Shown here piece after piece: positions 23,601 through 35,400 of a stretch of DNA of 64,000 bases. The stretch is from Bugula neritina. Its lineage: Eukaryota > Animalia > Bryozoa. The stretch's first letter is position 1. Every line of letters starts with the position of its first letter. The stretch is from positions 30,334,628 to 30,398,627 of the forward strand of contig OZ037767.1 of NCBI GenBank assembly GCA_964035545.1, written 5' to 3'. The notes under the pieces were generated by a model. That model was not told where the DNA came from, made no database searches, and saw only the letters and a list, made by a program, of their open reading frames with translations. The translations under genes were made by a program, and so were the position numbers.

Positions 23601-25816
23601 GAGTATAAGTGATCACAAAATTTTAATGAATTGTATTTGTAAATTGTAATGCAAAAAATAATGAAAATGTTCACTTTGTTAAACTGCCTTTCTGGCTAAA
23701 AGCTGTAAAGGTTTGATCGCACCTTGAGTGTGTGTAGTCTGTAATTTATAATTAGGAGTGACTGAAAATGTTTTCAAACAGTAACAGCAAAAGTATGCAT
23801 AGCAAGTTTAGGGGCACCTCAGTGCTATGATAAATTTTGTAACTCCTTCTAAAATTGCATTGAGTCAAACAGTTAGAACTCATAATGTCTGTCTTGCTTA
23901 GCTTATGATTTTTTTCAATATGGTTACTACTGCATATGCACTGCAAAGGTTCTTTTTAAAGTTTTATTAAAAACTTGTTTGCACTAGAATCAAAATAATT
24001 AGGCAGGTGAATGAAAAACCCGGCCTATTGTAATGCGACTTGTAGCACAATTTATACTTTAGCCATAGAACTGTGACAGCTGATTTATTATTTTAGAGAA
24101 GTTTGAACAAGTTACCATCTTCTTTAGCGACATCGTAGAGTTCACAAACATTGCGTCAGCGAGCACACCTATGGCAATAGTTGACATGCTTAACACTCTC
24201 TACGCAAAGTTTGACAATCTATCTAGCCTCCATGATGTTTATAAGGTGAGATATCCAGAGTCTGTTCCAGTAATGGTGGGCTATAGTCTATGATCTATAC
24301 TATAGCTTGTAATCTATACTATAACCTATAATCTATAATATAGCCTGTAATCTATACTATAGCCTGTAATCTACGCTATAGCCTATAATCTATACTATAA
24401 CCTATAATGTTGCTAAGAAAAACTACTCAGTGTTAGCAGAACAAATGCTACATTGGTAAACACAATTACTTTGTGATTGTCATAATAAAACATAGTTAAA
24501 CTTGAAATATAACTATAATTGCACACATTCATTAGGTGGAGACTATTGGCGATGCTTACATGGTGGTTAGTGGAGTTCCTGAACCTAATGAAGACCACGC
24601 TGTCAAAGTTGCTGACTTTGCGCTGGGAGCAGTAGTGGCAGCGATGTCTGTCAAATCTCCGGCCACAGGAAACCCGCTGCAGGTGTGGAAATACGTTAGT
24701 TGTAAAGAACGGTGAACAGTTTTTGTTCACCTAAAAGGCCGGGTTATTTCAATTTTGTATTAAAATTTTGGTCTTAGAATTTAAATTATTTAATATATAA
24801 ATATATGTGCTGCGCTTAAACTACCACTCTTCAGATGTTATGTTATAAATATTTGCTAATAGATTATAAATTGTGTTTGTGTAAAATTTATAAAACGAAT
24901 TAAAAAGCTAAATAGGCTCTCTTGGCATATGTCCTTTAACTACCTAACTGTGTGCTATAAAGATATTGTGCTGGGCAGTGCTATACAGAAGCTTATATAT
25001 AGCTTAGTTTTACTGTAAACAGATAAGGGTTGGCATACACACAGGCCCCGTAGTGGCTGGTGTAGTTGGTATTAGGATGCCACGCTATTGTTTATTCGGA
25101 GACACTGTGAACATAGCTTCTAGGATGGAAAGTCATGGGGTGCCTGGATGTATTCACTGCTCCGAATCTGCCAACAGGTTTGTCACTAAAAGTCACTAAA
25201 CTAAAATAATTTTCATGATATGGAATGTTTTCCATAATGTGAAATGTTTCCCATGCATGAGTAGACTGATTTCAACAAGGATATCCAACAATAATACATA
25301 TAATAGACATGCTATACATTGTAAATAATGAGACAATGATGCCTGCAAGACAGGTTTTGGTTCAGAAAAGATTGTTTTAATTATTTCAAACTAACTAGAA
25401 AAACTACTTCAATTATTTGGGCTAATTGAGGCTTTTTTAAGAAACTAAATGCATTCACAAACTGTGGGTGCATTGATACAAGTACATTGGTAACTTTATG
25501 ACTTTGTAGAGCCGTAATAAGAGTAGGTGGAGACAAATTCAGATTTGTGTCAAGAGGAGAAAATGTAATAAAAGGAAAAGGTGTAATGCAAACCTACTTT
25601 CTCAAGACAAACGGTTCGATAGACATTGGCAATGTCCCGAGTAATCCGTTCATTTCAACGACAAATGCAGACGTCAAGCGATTTTTCACAGCATCAAGTC
25701 AAACGTGCAAAGAGACCAAAGGCAAAATGGGACAACTTCGAATTAAATCAGGGAATGACATTACAAATCGAAAACCACCAACTAAGAATGTTAGCCGAAC
25801 TTGTCAGCTAATATAA
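11641..25816 (+). CDS. Atypical soluble guanylate cyclase, beta-type (GUCY1B2/GCY-35-like), ~700 aa. Exons: 11641-11643, 12425-12498, 13285-13385, 13684-13867, 14142-14218, 14528-14758, 15374-15460, 21289-21555, 22204-22378, 22916-23061, 24097-24245, 24536-24682, 25023-25177, 25510-25816
   Basis: H-NOX start MYGQIH, heme-ligand NLDSLH, PSFRC, YxSxR ([15 protein letters not shown]), [27 protein letters not shown], coiled coil, cyclase [39 protein letters not shown]-terminal CQLI. Exons total 2103 nt. The ATG-only first exon is the least certain. Confidence 0.93.
13550..13657. repeat. 11-bp tandem repeat (CACCTGTGAGT)
   Basis: About 9 tandem copies just upstream of sGC exon 4. Confidence 0.9.
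15961..16232 (+). repeat. 5' LTR (272 bp)
   Basis: Direct repeat of 20425-20696 with TG...CA inverted ends. Confidence 0.98.
16215..20417 (+). CDS. Copia Gag-Pol polyprotein (Gag with two zinc knuckles, protease, integrase, RT, RNase H), 1400 aa
   Basis: Two CX2CX4HX4C knuckles; protease VDCGAT; integrase WHRALGH..CKTC, HSDLCGP, TDNGMEY, NGKSER; [33 protein letters not shown]; RNase H YVDADW, EAEY, TDN, ADVMTK. Integrase before RT is the copia order. Confidence 0.98.
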   Translation: MATHSTGYGPSGFKHRLLFDGDSNNFSIWETRFTSYLYTQDEGVHTALLPKEEGEDNAADFNKKNKRAYAELVQVLDEKSLQLVMRDAKDDGRKAFKILKEHYASTQKPRILTLYEQLTTVKMNDTEDITDYLIRAENYSAGLKSAGENISDNLVIAMIMKGLPTSYQPFVVVHTQLDKNQTLSEFKAALTNFDLTESARCSQSTAMVFKGRDNFKPTSKRDKQCTACGKSNHSTTDCYSKHKLFCNYCKKAGHIESVCWTKKKTSKTEISSANATYAFTVNASNQCNIATQNKSQGGQLLMVDCGATSHLVNNENNFISFDKSFMPENHYIEMADGRKTNKLAVAKGTAQFTITDDNNMEQQIHLKDALLAPTIPISLFSVHAATQKGAEVHFSREKNILTVDRTNFPIMPKGRLYFFKTTHTGDSMNTAKSLPDWHRALGHMNTNDIIELEKVTTGMTITGAKLKIACKTCDESKITKQPHKQDDKPELATQPLQRVHSDLCGPITPTARGGQNYIINFIDEFSSMLFTYNIRHKSDATTALKQFIADVAPIGNVKEIHTDNGMEYLGQPFEAVLRERGIKHTTTAPYSSYQNGKSERTWRTIMDTARCLLKDSNLPKTFWSFAADHAKYLRNRSYQRRTGKTVYELFTGTLPDMRKIHNFGSQCTFYSEGYKLKLSDRGQSGIYLGVNTKAQGYLILTPNQKIVTSRNVIPQICGNDAMNVMPQGPAQNSRNGTQNTMPQEPAQICGNDAMNVIPQGPAQNSRNGTQNTMPQEPAQICGNDAMNVMPQGPAQNSRNGTQNTMPQEPAQTCGNDAMNVMPQGPALNSRNGTQNTIPQEPAPDPAKATNQPAPRKSERKRKPPTYLQDYDIEDTDYACSLMANIPQSYQEAVNSKDKEAWKKAMDKEINTLRDSNTWSIQPLPEDRTETKGRWVYTLKQGKTPGETQHKARYVAKGFSQIQGVDYEETYSPTTRFTSIRLLLQKAANENMKIHQLDVKGAYLNAPIDKEIYLQQPEGYEETNKQGKLSCRLNKSIYGLKQSGRNWHQTLTTFLKEQGFTPGAGDPCLYSKEDSSDKSANIIILFWVDDILLCCRDDNRITQTKSMMQQKFNMDDRGELSWFLGIDFRRHEDQYTMSQERYIDTLLNTYNMANCNPVYTPAEKDLQLEKATDDEYEHSKDYPYRQVIGSLIYLMTATRPDLAWIIGKLSQHLERPGPAHIAALKRLLRYLKGTKGFNLRFTPNQQELVGYVDADWGGETSTRRSTTGYVFTLGGAPISWNSRRQPTVALSSCEAEYMALAEATKEMLFLQTLCKTFKMKQPNPNILFTDNLGAIALTKGQPYSHQRSKHIDIRFHFVREQTTIAYQHIRGAENPADVMTKSLPKTNHRIALELLAIESHA
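16233..16246 (+). promoter_or_regulatory. Primer-binding site of the half-tRNA(iMet) type
   Basis: GGTTATGGGCCCAG directly after the 5' LTR. It lacks the TGG start of a tRNA 3'-end PBS and matches the anticodon-arm type known from Drosophila copia. Confidence 0.85.
18357..18740 (+). repeat. Coding tandem repeat in the integrase-RT linker: 4 x 96 bp (32 aa)
   Basis: [32 protein letters not shown] four times; period measured 18361 to 18457. Confidence 0.95.
20425..20696 (+). repeat. 3' LTR (272 bp)
   Basis: Direct repeat of 15961-16232. Confidence 0.98.
21774..21961. repeat. 14-bp tandem repeat (ACCAGTTATTAGTT), ~13 copies
   Basis: Near-perfect tandem array in an sGC intron. Confidence 0.95.
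24280..24408. repeat. 19-bp tandem repeat (CTATAGCCTGTAATCTATA)
   Basis: About 6-7 copies in an sGC intron. Confidence 0.88.
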
Positions 25817-27042
25817 TATCTACTATATGTGAAGATTACATCTGTGGTGTGTTCATAAACAATCAGCATCTTCTCAAAATTACAACTACTCCAATATTTC
25901 TCAATTTAATTGTTTAGCACTAGCAGCAATTACTACATTTATACTAATAATCCGTCTATCCCCCCTCTCTCTTTCTCTCTCTATCAACAATAGTAAATTA
26001 TCTGTACAACACTAGTGTAACTTTGCAAATGTTAAACTCATTGTTTATTGGGACAGTAATAATATGGACAAGTGTTTTGTGTTGAGTAAGAATCGAGCAC
26101 CCATCAATCTATTTAAATGCTTAGTTTAGCATTTATGTTTGTATACTTTTCTTTATTTACATTATTCTAGGTTTTTAATGTTTTTGAAATATTTATATTA
26201 CATTGTAATATATTTTCATATGAAAGTATTTGCAAATGGAAAATCTAACAAACCCACAAAAAAGCAAGCAAATTATATTACCTTTTCATATTAATTTATT
26301 TTTGTACTTGGACAAAGTTTACAAGTAGCAAAGTATACTTTTACAAACTGAAGCCTTTTATGTTGATTGGTTCATTGCAAATACACACAATGTACAACAG
26401 CTAGTCGCTATTTCAAGCTCATTTTTGTCTATAATCAAAGTTTATATTACATTAGCCACTTTAACATGATTTCGAAAATGCATTTTTACTGATCTTGTTA
26501 TGTAACAGGTTGTTCAAATATTTTGTTCAGTGCATTTCAATTTTAGGCAATTTTTCACAAGTCAAATTTAGCCACATGAATATTTGATTACCATTCATGT
26601 TCGTAAAATAATATTCACTTTTATTTTTCAATTTTGTTGATGAAAAACTTAAAGATTAAATATATTAATAGAATTCTTTATGTAACTGTGTGACAGGTGA
26701 ATCTGATCAGCACTCGTTCTATGTAAAGCAGCATTCGACTGTATAGATTTTATCTTATGCAGCTTCCGCAAAAAAGCAGCTGCCATAGAAGATAATAAAA
26801 TATTAAAGTTTTCAAACGTTTAAACTTCCTGCATAGCTCTTTCAGTGAGCAGTCATTGTCCGTTCTAGACAGTTTGTAATTAAAAACCTTCGCTGATGCA
26901 AATTTTAGTTTGCAATAAAAGCTGAAGGTAAGCTGATCGAACATTGCATAAACAGCTATTAACATAGAGAGACGTTATCAACACTTTAATACTGTTTATA
27001 TTATAATCTTTATGTCCATGTCTCGGGATTGTTACAGCCACT

Positions 27043-30000
27043 ATGAATCTGAAGATCTTAGCCAGCATTCTTTCCCTAGGGTCAGCATGGTTTGTGTTAC
27101 TCAGTTTAGGTAAGTTGAAGGGTAAGAATTTTTTTCCTGTGTTTCAGCAGTAGTACAACTGCATTACTTAGAACAATAGCTTTGTTAGTAAACACAACTA
27201 GAGTTATAAGAAAATACCTTTTTTATTAAGGAAACAAAAATATATATTGAAAAATATAAAGTTTGTTAGCTTTTTATAGATTTTTGCAAAGAAAAATTTG
27301 TAGTGCAGGCTAGAAATTGGAATTGGTGACTGGCAAGTTTCATAGTGTATTAATGCATACATTGTATTAGTTTTATACACTATTATAGACAGCTACTGCA
27401 TGGTTTGCTTATATATATGGCTTAGATTGTGCTCAGAATCATACATAACTTTGGCTAAGTAAGAAGAAGGTTGTGCTATATCAACACTGATAAACTTGAC
27501 CTTAGCACAGGTCTACAGATCTACATTACAGTCTGTTTGTTCATTCAGCACAGCACAATAAGTGGACAACTTCTCGCAGCGTAAATTTGAATTTATCTAA
27601 CTTTTTCTTCATAAATCAAACATTAACAAAGAGATGAAAACAAAAATATAGTGCTAAGCTGGCATCTTGTTAATAGGTCACAAGAAAGAGGCGGACCCTA
27701 TTGATAAGTGTGCCCAACGCCTTTCAACTTTTGAATTCACCAAACATATAGATGACCTAACGGCATTGAATAGCACTTTGGGTAGTGTATTGCTGGTTTC
27801 AGAGGGAAATTTGTGGCACTGTTCAAAGGAAGATGGTGGCAAAACTAATTGTAAAACTGCATATACATCTGGAAAAGAAGATTGTGAGTTGTTACAATTG
27901 CTGTGATAATTGAAGTTGATTGTTGATTCTGCAATGTTATAGTTGAAGCTAGTTTTTTGTCAAAAATGTGTTTCAAAAAACAATAGCAATGATATATTAT
28001 ATTGATATGAAGCTTAATTTGTAGTTGAAGAGTGGTTTTTATGAACTACAGCTAAGTTTAAAAATTGATATGAATTTTGCTGTGGTATTAAAAATGTGTG
28101 TTTACATACAGATTATAACATGCTGCTAGTTCTGGACTCAGAGAAAGTAATTGTTATGGACAGCAGTCAGATTCCTTCAGTATTCACATTGCTTAAAGTC
28201 GGACGGAAAGAAGACAAGTACAAATTTGTAGAAGAGATTGATGCAACTAATTTGAGAATTCACCAAGTAAGTGACAGCTGCTAGCACCTGTATTTCAATA
28301 CCAAGTACTTAACATGGTATTTTGTATTCTGTAGGCAAATATTTTACAAAGTAAGAAACTGAAAATGCATCATTAAATCTAAGGTCTGTAGAAACTTCTA
28401 TCTTCTTCCTTTAAAAAATTTATCATTCCTAATGCACAGAATTCGACATTTATGCTAAAGGAATCATTAAATACCTTAAGCTTTGTCCGTGATTGATGGC
28501 AAGGGAAAAGTGTCATAAATGTGAAGTGACAAGTGTAACAAGTGACAAGTGTCATAAATGTCAAGTGACAAGTGTCAAGTGAGAAGTGTCCAACAAGTGT
28601 CACATGTGTAAAGTGTAATAAGTGTCAAATGTCACAAGCGCCCAGTAACAAGTGTCCAGTGACTAATGTCAAGTGTCAAATTCCAAGTGACAAGTGTCAT
28701 TAGTGTCGCAAGTGACATGTGTCAAGTAGAAATTGTTAGAGTGTTATAGGTAACAAATAGTGCAGGTTATCAAGTGACAAGTATTTTATGTGAGTGTCAA
28801 ATAAAAGAAGATGTGAAGACTTTAATAGCTGACTTTTATTCTGGAAGTACTAGTATACCATAGTCGATAAACAATCTATGCTTATGATAATATTTCTACT
28901 ACATTAATGTTTAACTTGTCTATTGTGGTTTTTTCATTATGCAGGAAAGCTACCAAAAACAAGTTATAGCTTATAATTTTTTCAAGCAACAGAAATCAAA
29001 GCCAAAGGAAAATATTTCTCAAATTTTATTTTTGCAAATAATTAACATTTATCCCAATTTGCTGAAACATCGCAATTCCTTGCTTTACATAAAAAATAAT
29101 GAATTTTGAAAAAATCCATTACTTTGTTAAAAGTTGAGCAATGCTTCTAAAAGATTCTGATCTGTTTTGCTCTTTTTTATATTGCAATAGCTCATGTTTG
29201 AAACTCCACAAATATACACTGTATAACAAAAAAATTGACATAAATTTTACTTTAAACTAAATTATACCTGTCTTGGTGGATAAAAGCCATTGCTACATAT
29301 CTCAAATACAAAGGTAGAAGTAAGGCTGATCGATAAAACATATCGATTGTTGTTCAACATTGCAAATGATTGGCTTGGCAATTAACATACATTGTAATAA
29401 CTGTTGAGCATCTTTTAATAAATTTCTTTTAAACTTACAGCTAGCCAATTACAACTCTAGTCACTTCATGGCATTTGGTACTCAGAATTCCCAACCAGTC
29501 TTTGTACTCTATGAAATGAAAAATTTCCAAGGTCGCAGCTCTTTTGGGGGATTTCAAACTGGTACAAAGATTGCCAGAAGTAAAACCGAAGATTCTCAGA
29601 CACCTAGTGTTTTAATGGTGCATCCATATTTTGAATACGCATCATCAAGTGCTTTCGAGCTTCATAACTCTGAGCTACGAACAAACGATGATGGATCACT
29701 ACATCTGGTTTCTTGGGAAACTTACCAAACCATTGGTAAGACTCATAATAATAATTTTTGCTTGTTGCCATAAAGAACTGTTGTGTTTTAGTATATAGAA
29801 ATATTTATTGTCGCAGACTGAAGGAAAGTAGCAATGTGAAAACAGTTACGTCATAAGTTATAAGCGCAAGTTGCAAGACGCAGGTGTAGTAAAAATGCTG
29901 GGTTTTTATATACCAGTCAAAAAGGTTAGCTATTGTGTAGTAACCACAATGATGTGGAAAAAGCATAATATAGCTGCCATAGCTATGATGATACATGAAA

Positions 30001-31403
30001 AGTTATAATGAATTAGGGAAAAGCTTTCCCATCTCCAGTAATGTCCCAACAAGACTTAAAGTAGTGCCACACTAATGTGTCAACTGAACAATATTACAAC
30101 TGATGACCATGCAGCTCTAAAAGTTTATATATATATAGTGAAAAGTATCTATAAACTCTACATACCTAGTTATTGAGCAGAAATGCTGCTCTGCTCTTAT
30201 TGGATGCACCTTTTGAGCCTCTGTTGTCGTTTTGACTATTCTTTATAATTTTCTCTGTGCCTCGAGTAGAATTTCGTTATTTCTTTCAGATCATCCGAAA
30301 GTCAAGCACCTCAAATTAGAGAGCATTGCCGAGGGTAAACAAGGACTCTTCCTGTTTTTTAATGACGGGTTGAGAGTTGCCAGTGCTGAAGTTTGTTTTG
30401 GTATGCCTGGCAGTTCATATTTAATGCCACTGGATTGCTCAGTCAGACTAGTTGATGAGAGCTCATGCAAGAACCAGACGACAGATTGTCAACTGGACCA
30501 TAGCAACACCTTGACTACAAGGATTCATGGAAATACAATCTACATGACAGATGGTCACTGTGTCCAATTGATGGGTATGCTGTCTATTTACCGTAAAACT
30601 GGTTTAAACTAAAAGTTCCTATAGGTGTATGATTTAAAAACTGTATAAACGTTTTATCTTGTGAAGAAACTATTTGCCATATTGGTTCAGTTGAATTATT
30701 CTTTCTAAACAGTTGCAGAATGATTGAATAAATTTGTGCTATTGTTAACAATGAAAAATTAGTGTAATATATATATATATATATATACAATGTATATATA
30801 TATATATATATTAAAATGTATTATATTATATTATTATTATTTAAAAACTTTGATGGTTACTTTGTTGTTACAGACCTCAGTGATGTGAACATTAATGGTG
30901 TTGCTGGAAAGAGTACAGAATCTACGACCACCGAGTGGTTGTCTACATTGCCCCCCTCATTATCGTCACCTACGTCTAAACCAACCTTTTCATCTTCCCC
31001 AAACATAGTCACTCCACTCTCATCACCTCTGCCACTTATTCCCACACCTTCTACTAAGAGTTTCACTGGCCAGACCGACTACAGGAATGAAGAAACACAT
31101 AACAGCCTCAAAAGCATGATCAGGTTCAGATTCATGAGCTTCACTGACTGCAATCAGAACCCAGTAACTGGTGCCGTACTACACATACTTCTTCACCAGG
31201 TCCTACATGTCCCTGCTAAGAATATGGCTAGTGAATGTGGTATCCTATGTACTGACTACCCACATGATTGCTCTGGCTTTGGCTATACTGCTGATGGTGA
31301 CTGTATTCTGTTCTCTGATTTTGGAGATATGAAAGTAAAATTATTGAATGCTAACTTTGAGAGATGCTACATGAAGGTGGAAGCCCCAAGTGATAGTTGC
31401 TAG
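27043..31403 (+). CDS. Uncharacterised secreted protein, paralog A (~512 aa): signal peptide, unknown N-terminal region, S/T/P linker, PAN/apple-like C-terminus. Exons: 27043-27109, 27677-27883, 28112-28266, 29441-29735, 30290-30574, 30874-31403
   Basis: Six GT-AG exons splice in frame (1539 nt); hydrophobic leader MNLKILASILSLGSAWFVLLSL; exon-for-exon homology with paralog B; ECGILCTDYPHDCSGFGYTADGDCILF has PAN-like cysteine spacing. Confidence 0.82.
28495..28800. repeat. Degenerate CAAGTG(T/A) short tandem repeat
   Basis: Repeated CAAGTGT/CAAGTGA in intron 3 of paralog A. Confidence 0.75.
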
Positions 31404-32404
31404 CATGCCATGTATGAGTTTGTTCGTGGAGAGAGCATGACTCTTATAGCAGATTAGGTATATTTTATGTTTTTTATTTACCAATTGTGCTTATTAGAAT
31501 GGAGATGACAACTTCAAAGATCATTTAGCTCACAGGCAAACATATGGTAATTTCATCATGAGTTATGTTACGCCTAATACAGGAAATTAGCAATATTTTC
31601 AGTGCTTTGGTCACTTATAGCAGTGTTGGAACTAATCAGGTGATATTGAAATCGCAGTCTAAATTTTTGAGATTGTTAAATTTAAAGTGCAAAGTGAGCT
31701 TTTAGCTGTTTAATGAGAATAAACTTTAAAGCATTATGTAATAACAATGCTATTGCTAAAAGCAATTTCTAGTGTATATCTTGGCTATTGTAATGTATAT
31801 AATATTTTTGTTTATACCATAGCCTACTCAGCCTTCATTTTGCGTGATTTTTCTAAACTATGTGTGGTGTAAAGTTATTTAAATAAAAGCTTTCTTAAAT
31901 ATAAACATTTAGTAAAGAAGTTAAGTGTTAAAACAGAACTGACCAAACACAACCTTTCACAACCTATCTTCTCTTTTGAAACTCTTTTCAGTAGAAAGTT
32001 CAAAGAAAAATAATATGAAGATTTTCCAATCAAAAATGCACAACTTAGATATAATCATAAAGTTATACAACTAGTTTCATGAAAAGACAAGATAATGGAA
32101 ATTAGAATATTCATCAAATTTCATCTTTTAAAACTTATTTCAGTTAGAACTTCAAAGAAACATAAGGAATATTTTCCAATAAGCAATCATCTTGCTATGA
32201 AATAAAATTGCAATCATGACTTTCTTGGTTGCTTTGATTGAGTTTATGCTAGTTTCTATAATTACTTGACGTAGAGTGAACAGAGTTGAGAAAGTGATAA
32301 GCCAATCAAAAGCTGCCATATTTATAAAAGTATATTATTATATATGATAGAACCCTCAGCTATCTGACACTGGCACCATACTCACGCTGTAGTAGATGAG
32401 CACC

Positions 32405-35400
32405 ATGAATGTGCTGGGACTCATCAATGTTTTACTCCTAGGGGCAGCTTATTCTGTAGCTATCTCTTCAGGTGAGTCATATCTGGTTATTCAATCAGTT
32501 AAAGTTTGAAACCTGGAATAGGTAGACATTAACATTCTATAAAACAGGTTTGTGGTTTATGTTGTATTCTTGCACTTCTATTTAAAGATAGATACGATAT
32601 GCTGCATTAAGCGAAACAATGCCATGCTAATATACATCTTTCAGGATATAGCTATGTGAGCTATAATAGCAGTAAATGCAAATACATTCAAATGCAACAT
32701 TCTGAGTACATATAATAAAGCATAGCAAACTATTGTAATGTTACAACAACTCATTTGCTAGTCTATTTATTAGAAATCTAATAACAGCTAATCACACAAA
32801 CGACATTTCTATCTTGCATTCCAGTACTCTCTATAATTTGTTGGTTTAGCTAATAGTTTTATGTTGATTATGCTGTAAAGTAAGCTTATCCAAACCAATT
32901 TTTATCTTTACCAGTTAGTTGGCCAAACATGGAAATGGGAACTAGAGACATGTTGACAGAAAGTGACCATCTATGCGCTCAACGCCTTTTGACTTTTAAA
33001 TTCACCAAACAGATTGATGACCTAATGGCATTGGACAGCACTTTGAGTAGTATATTGCTGGTTTCAAAGGGAAATTTGTGGCACTGTACTCAAAGAGAAG
33101 ATGGTTCTAGCTGTCAGACTGCATATAAAGGAAAAGGCTGTAAGTCATTGCAAGTATTCTTTCCTAATAATGGGAAGGTAATGTTAAGCATGAGCTTATA
33201 GATTCAGTAAAATTAACCAGCGCTGTTTTTGTTAGAACAAATGTGCAATAACACAATATTGACTTGCAGTAGTGTAAGTCAATATTGTTTATGAGTTATA
33301 GAATTGTTTATTCACTATTATTCACTCAAAAATATAAATATTTCAGCGAGTTTGACATTAATAAATTTATAAAAACACTGATACAACTATAAATACACTA
33401 TAAATTAGCTTAACCTATTTTACTCGAAATTGAATTTAAATTGATTCCTTCCTTATATGGTGAATGACTGTAACTGTACATGTTGCAGATTATGATAGAC
33501 TGCTGGCTATTAACTCAAGTGTGGTACTTCTGATGGACAGCAACCAAAACCCCACTAGGCTTGATAGTCTCAAAGTAGGACCGAGTAGAGACAACTACAA
33601 CATGGAAAAAGATGATATTTCTCTTGGAAATGTGAAGATTTATCAAGTAAGCTTCAACATTGATGTTGTAATGTGACACAACAACTTTCTTACTAACAAA
33701 CTACAAAATGAAATGAAATCTACAGTATAGCCTCATTGTAGAGTCTAGCAAATTATAGCCTCTGAATCTTAATGAATAATATCACACACTTGCATTAGAA
33801 TATCTTCTGACGGAGTAACACGGCCTGCATAGTAAATAAATCAATGAAGTTTGGTGCAAAAAATGTTTGCTTCGTTGGGCGCAAAATAATTGTGTATTTT
33901 AGAGAAACCAGCATTCTAAAAATAGATATTAAACAATGATTGGTTTATCTATTACCTTAATAGTAACAAACCCAATCTCAACAAATATACATCCAGCTAT
34001 TTTTTATATGGTTTTCCAGTAAAGCTATTGTTGTATAGTATTATATTGCATCATTATATTATGGTATTTTATAAAGTAATTATATTATAGTAATATGGTA
34101 TTATTGTATATAATTTTGTTATAGTATCAGAAATTTGTATTTTAGTATTATATTATAGTATTTTTGTATTACTGCAATATATATGGTATCGTTTTATTAT
34201 GGTATTATTGTATTATGGTATAAATTTGTTGAAATGAATTATTGAATTAAATTTTATTATTGTTTTAAATTCTATTATGGTATTATGATGTTATCCTATA
34301 AACACAATTATCATAATCTTTCAGCTGGTCAACTACAACTTCAGTCACTTTATAGCAGCTGCTACTAGAGACACAAAGTCAGTTTTTGCACTCATTGAAG
34401 CAGAGAGTTTCATTAGGCAGGAAGTTGTTTGGCACTTCCATGATCATCTCATGATATCTACGAGCACTGCAGACACTCTGCCGACTCCACAAATCATGAT
34501 AGGAAATTATTTTAGAGCAAATGGAGAGCTTAATCTCCAAATGATAAGATTCCCAGAGACTGTATCTAAGAATAGTGGACAGTCAATCATCCCGGTTACA
34601 ACCGCTGCTTACACGATAAAGGGTCAGTGTCAGTGACATAATGTAAATTATATTACGTGCTCCCTCCATATCTTACCAAACTACTAGTCTGAAAGGTTTC
34701 ATCCCAGATAGACGCTAGGCTAAATTTCCCACTTGGAAGCTTCCCAGTTAGACGCTATCTGTTATTTTGGTGCCATATAATTATATAGTAATATATCTAT
34801 ATATACCTTTATAACTGTTCCATTGATTGCTAAATAGATAAAATGCTAATAGTTATAATAGCCAACACGAATTATCTGCAATAATATTCCAATTTTCGTA
34901 GATTTGTGTAGGACAAAAAAACAGTAGTATATTAATAATAAACATTATCTTTAATTAATGAATACTCATTAACAAATATCTGCTCAAGCAAGAAGCAAAA
35001 ATATGTAAAATTAATATCTTAATGCAAATCAAAGAAATTTATTTATATGCTCAATACGTGCTTTATTTAAATATACATATATATTCAAATAATATTCAAA
35101 CAAATTGCACATAAAATATATATTGTACCAAAATAAGTAAATATCGTCTAACTGGGAAGCATCTAAGTGGGAAATTTAGCCTAGCGTCTAACTGGGAAGC
35201 ATCTATCTGGGATGACACCGTTTGAAACCTCAACTCCTGACATAGTAGAAGAAGAAATTTAAATCACAGATTTATTGATTTTTGTCCTTTTTTCCTTATA
35301 CACACATGCACAAGCTACCGAACAAGGTCGAAGCCTTTTGTGTGACAAATGGATACTCGTAAGAAATGGAACCGTGAGATACAAAGGGAGCACTGTAATT

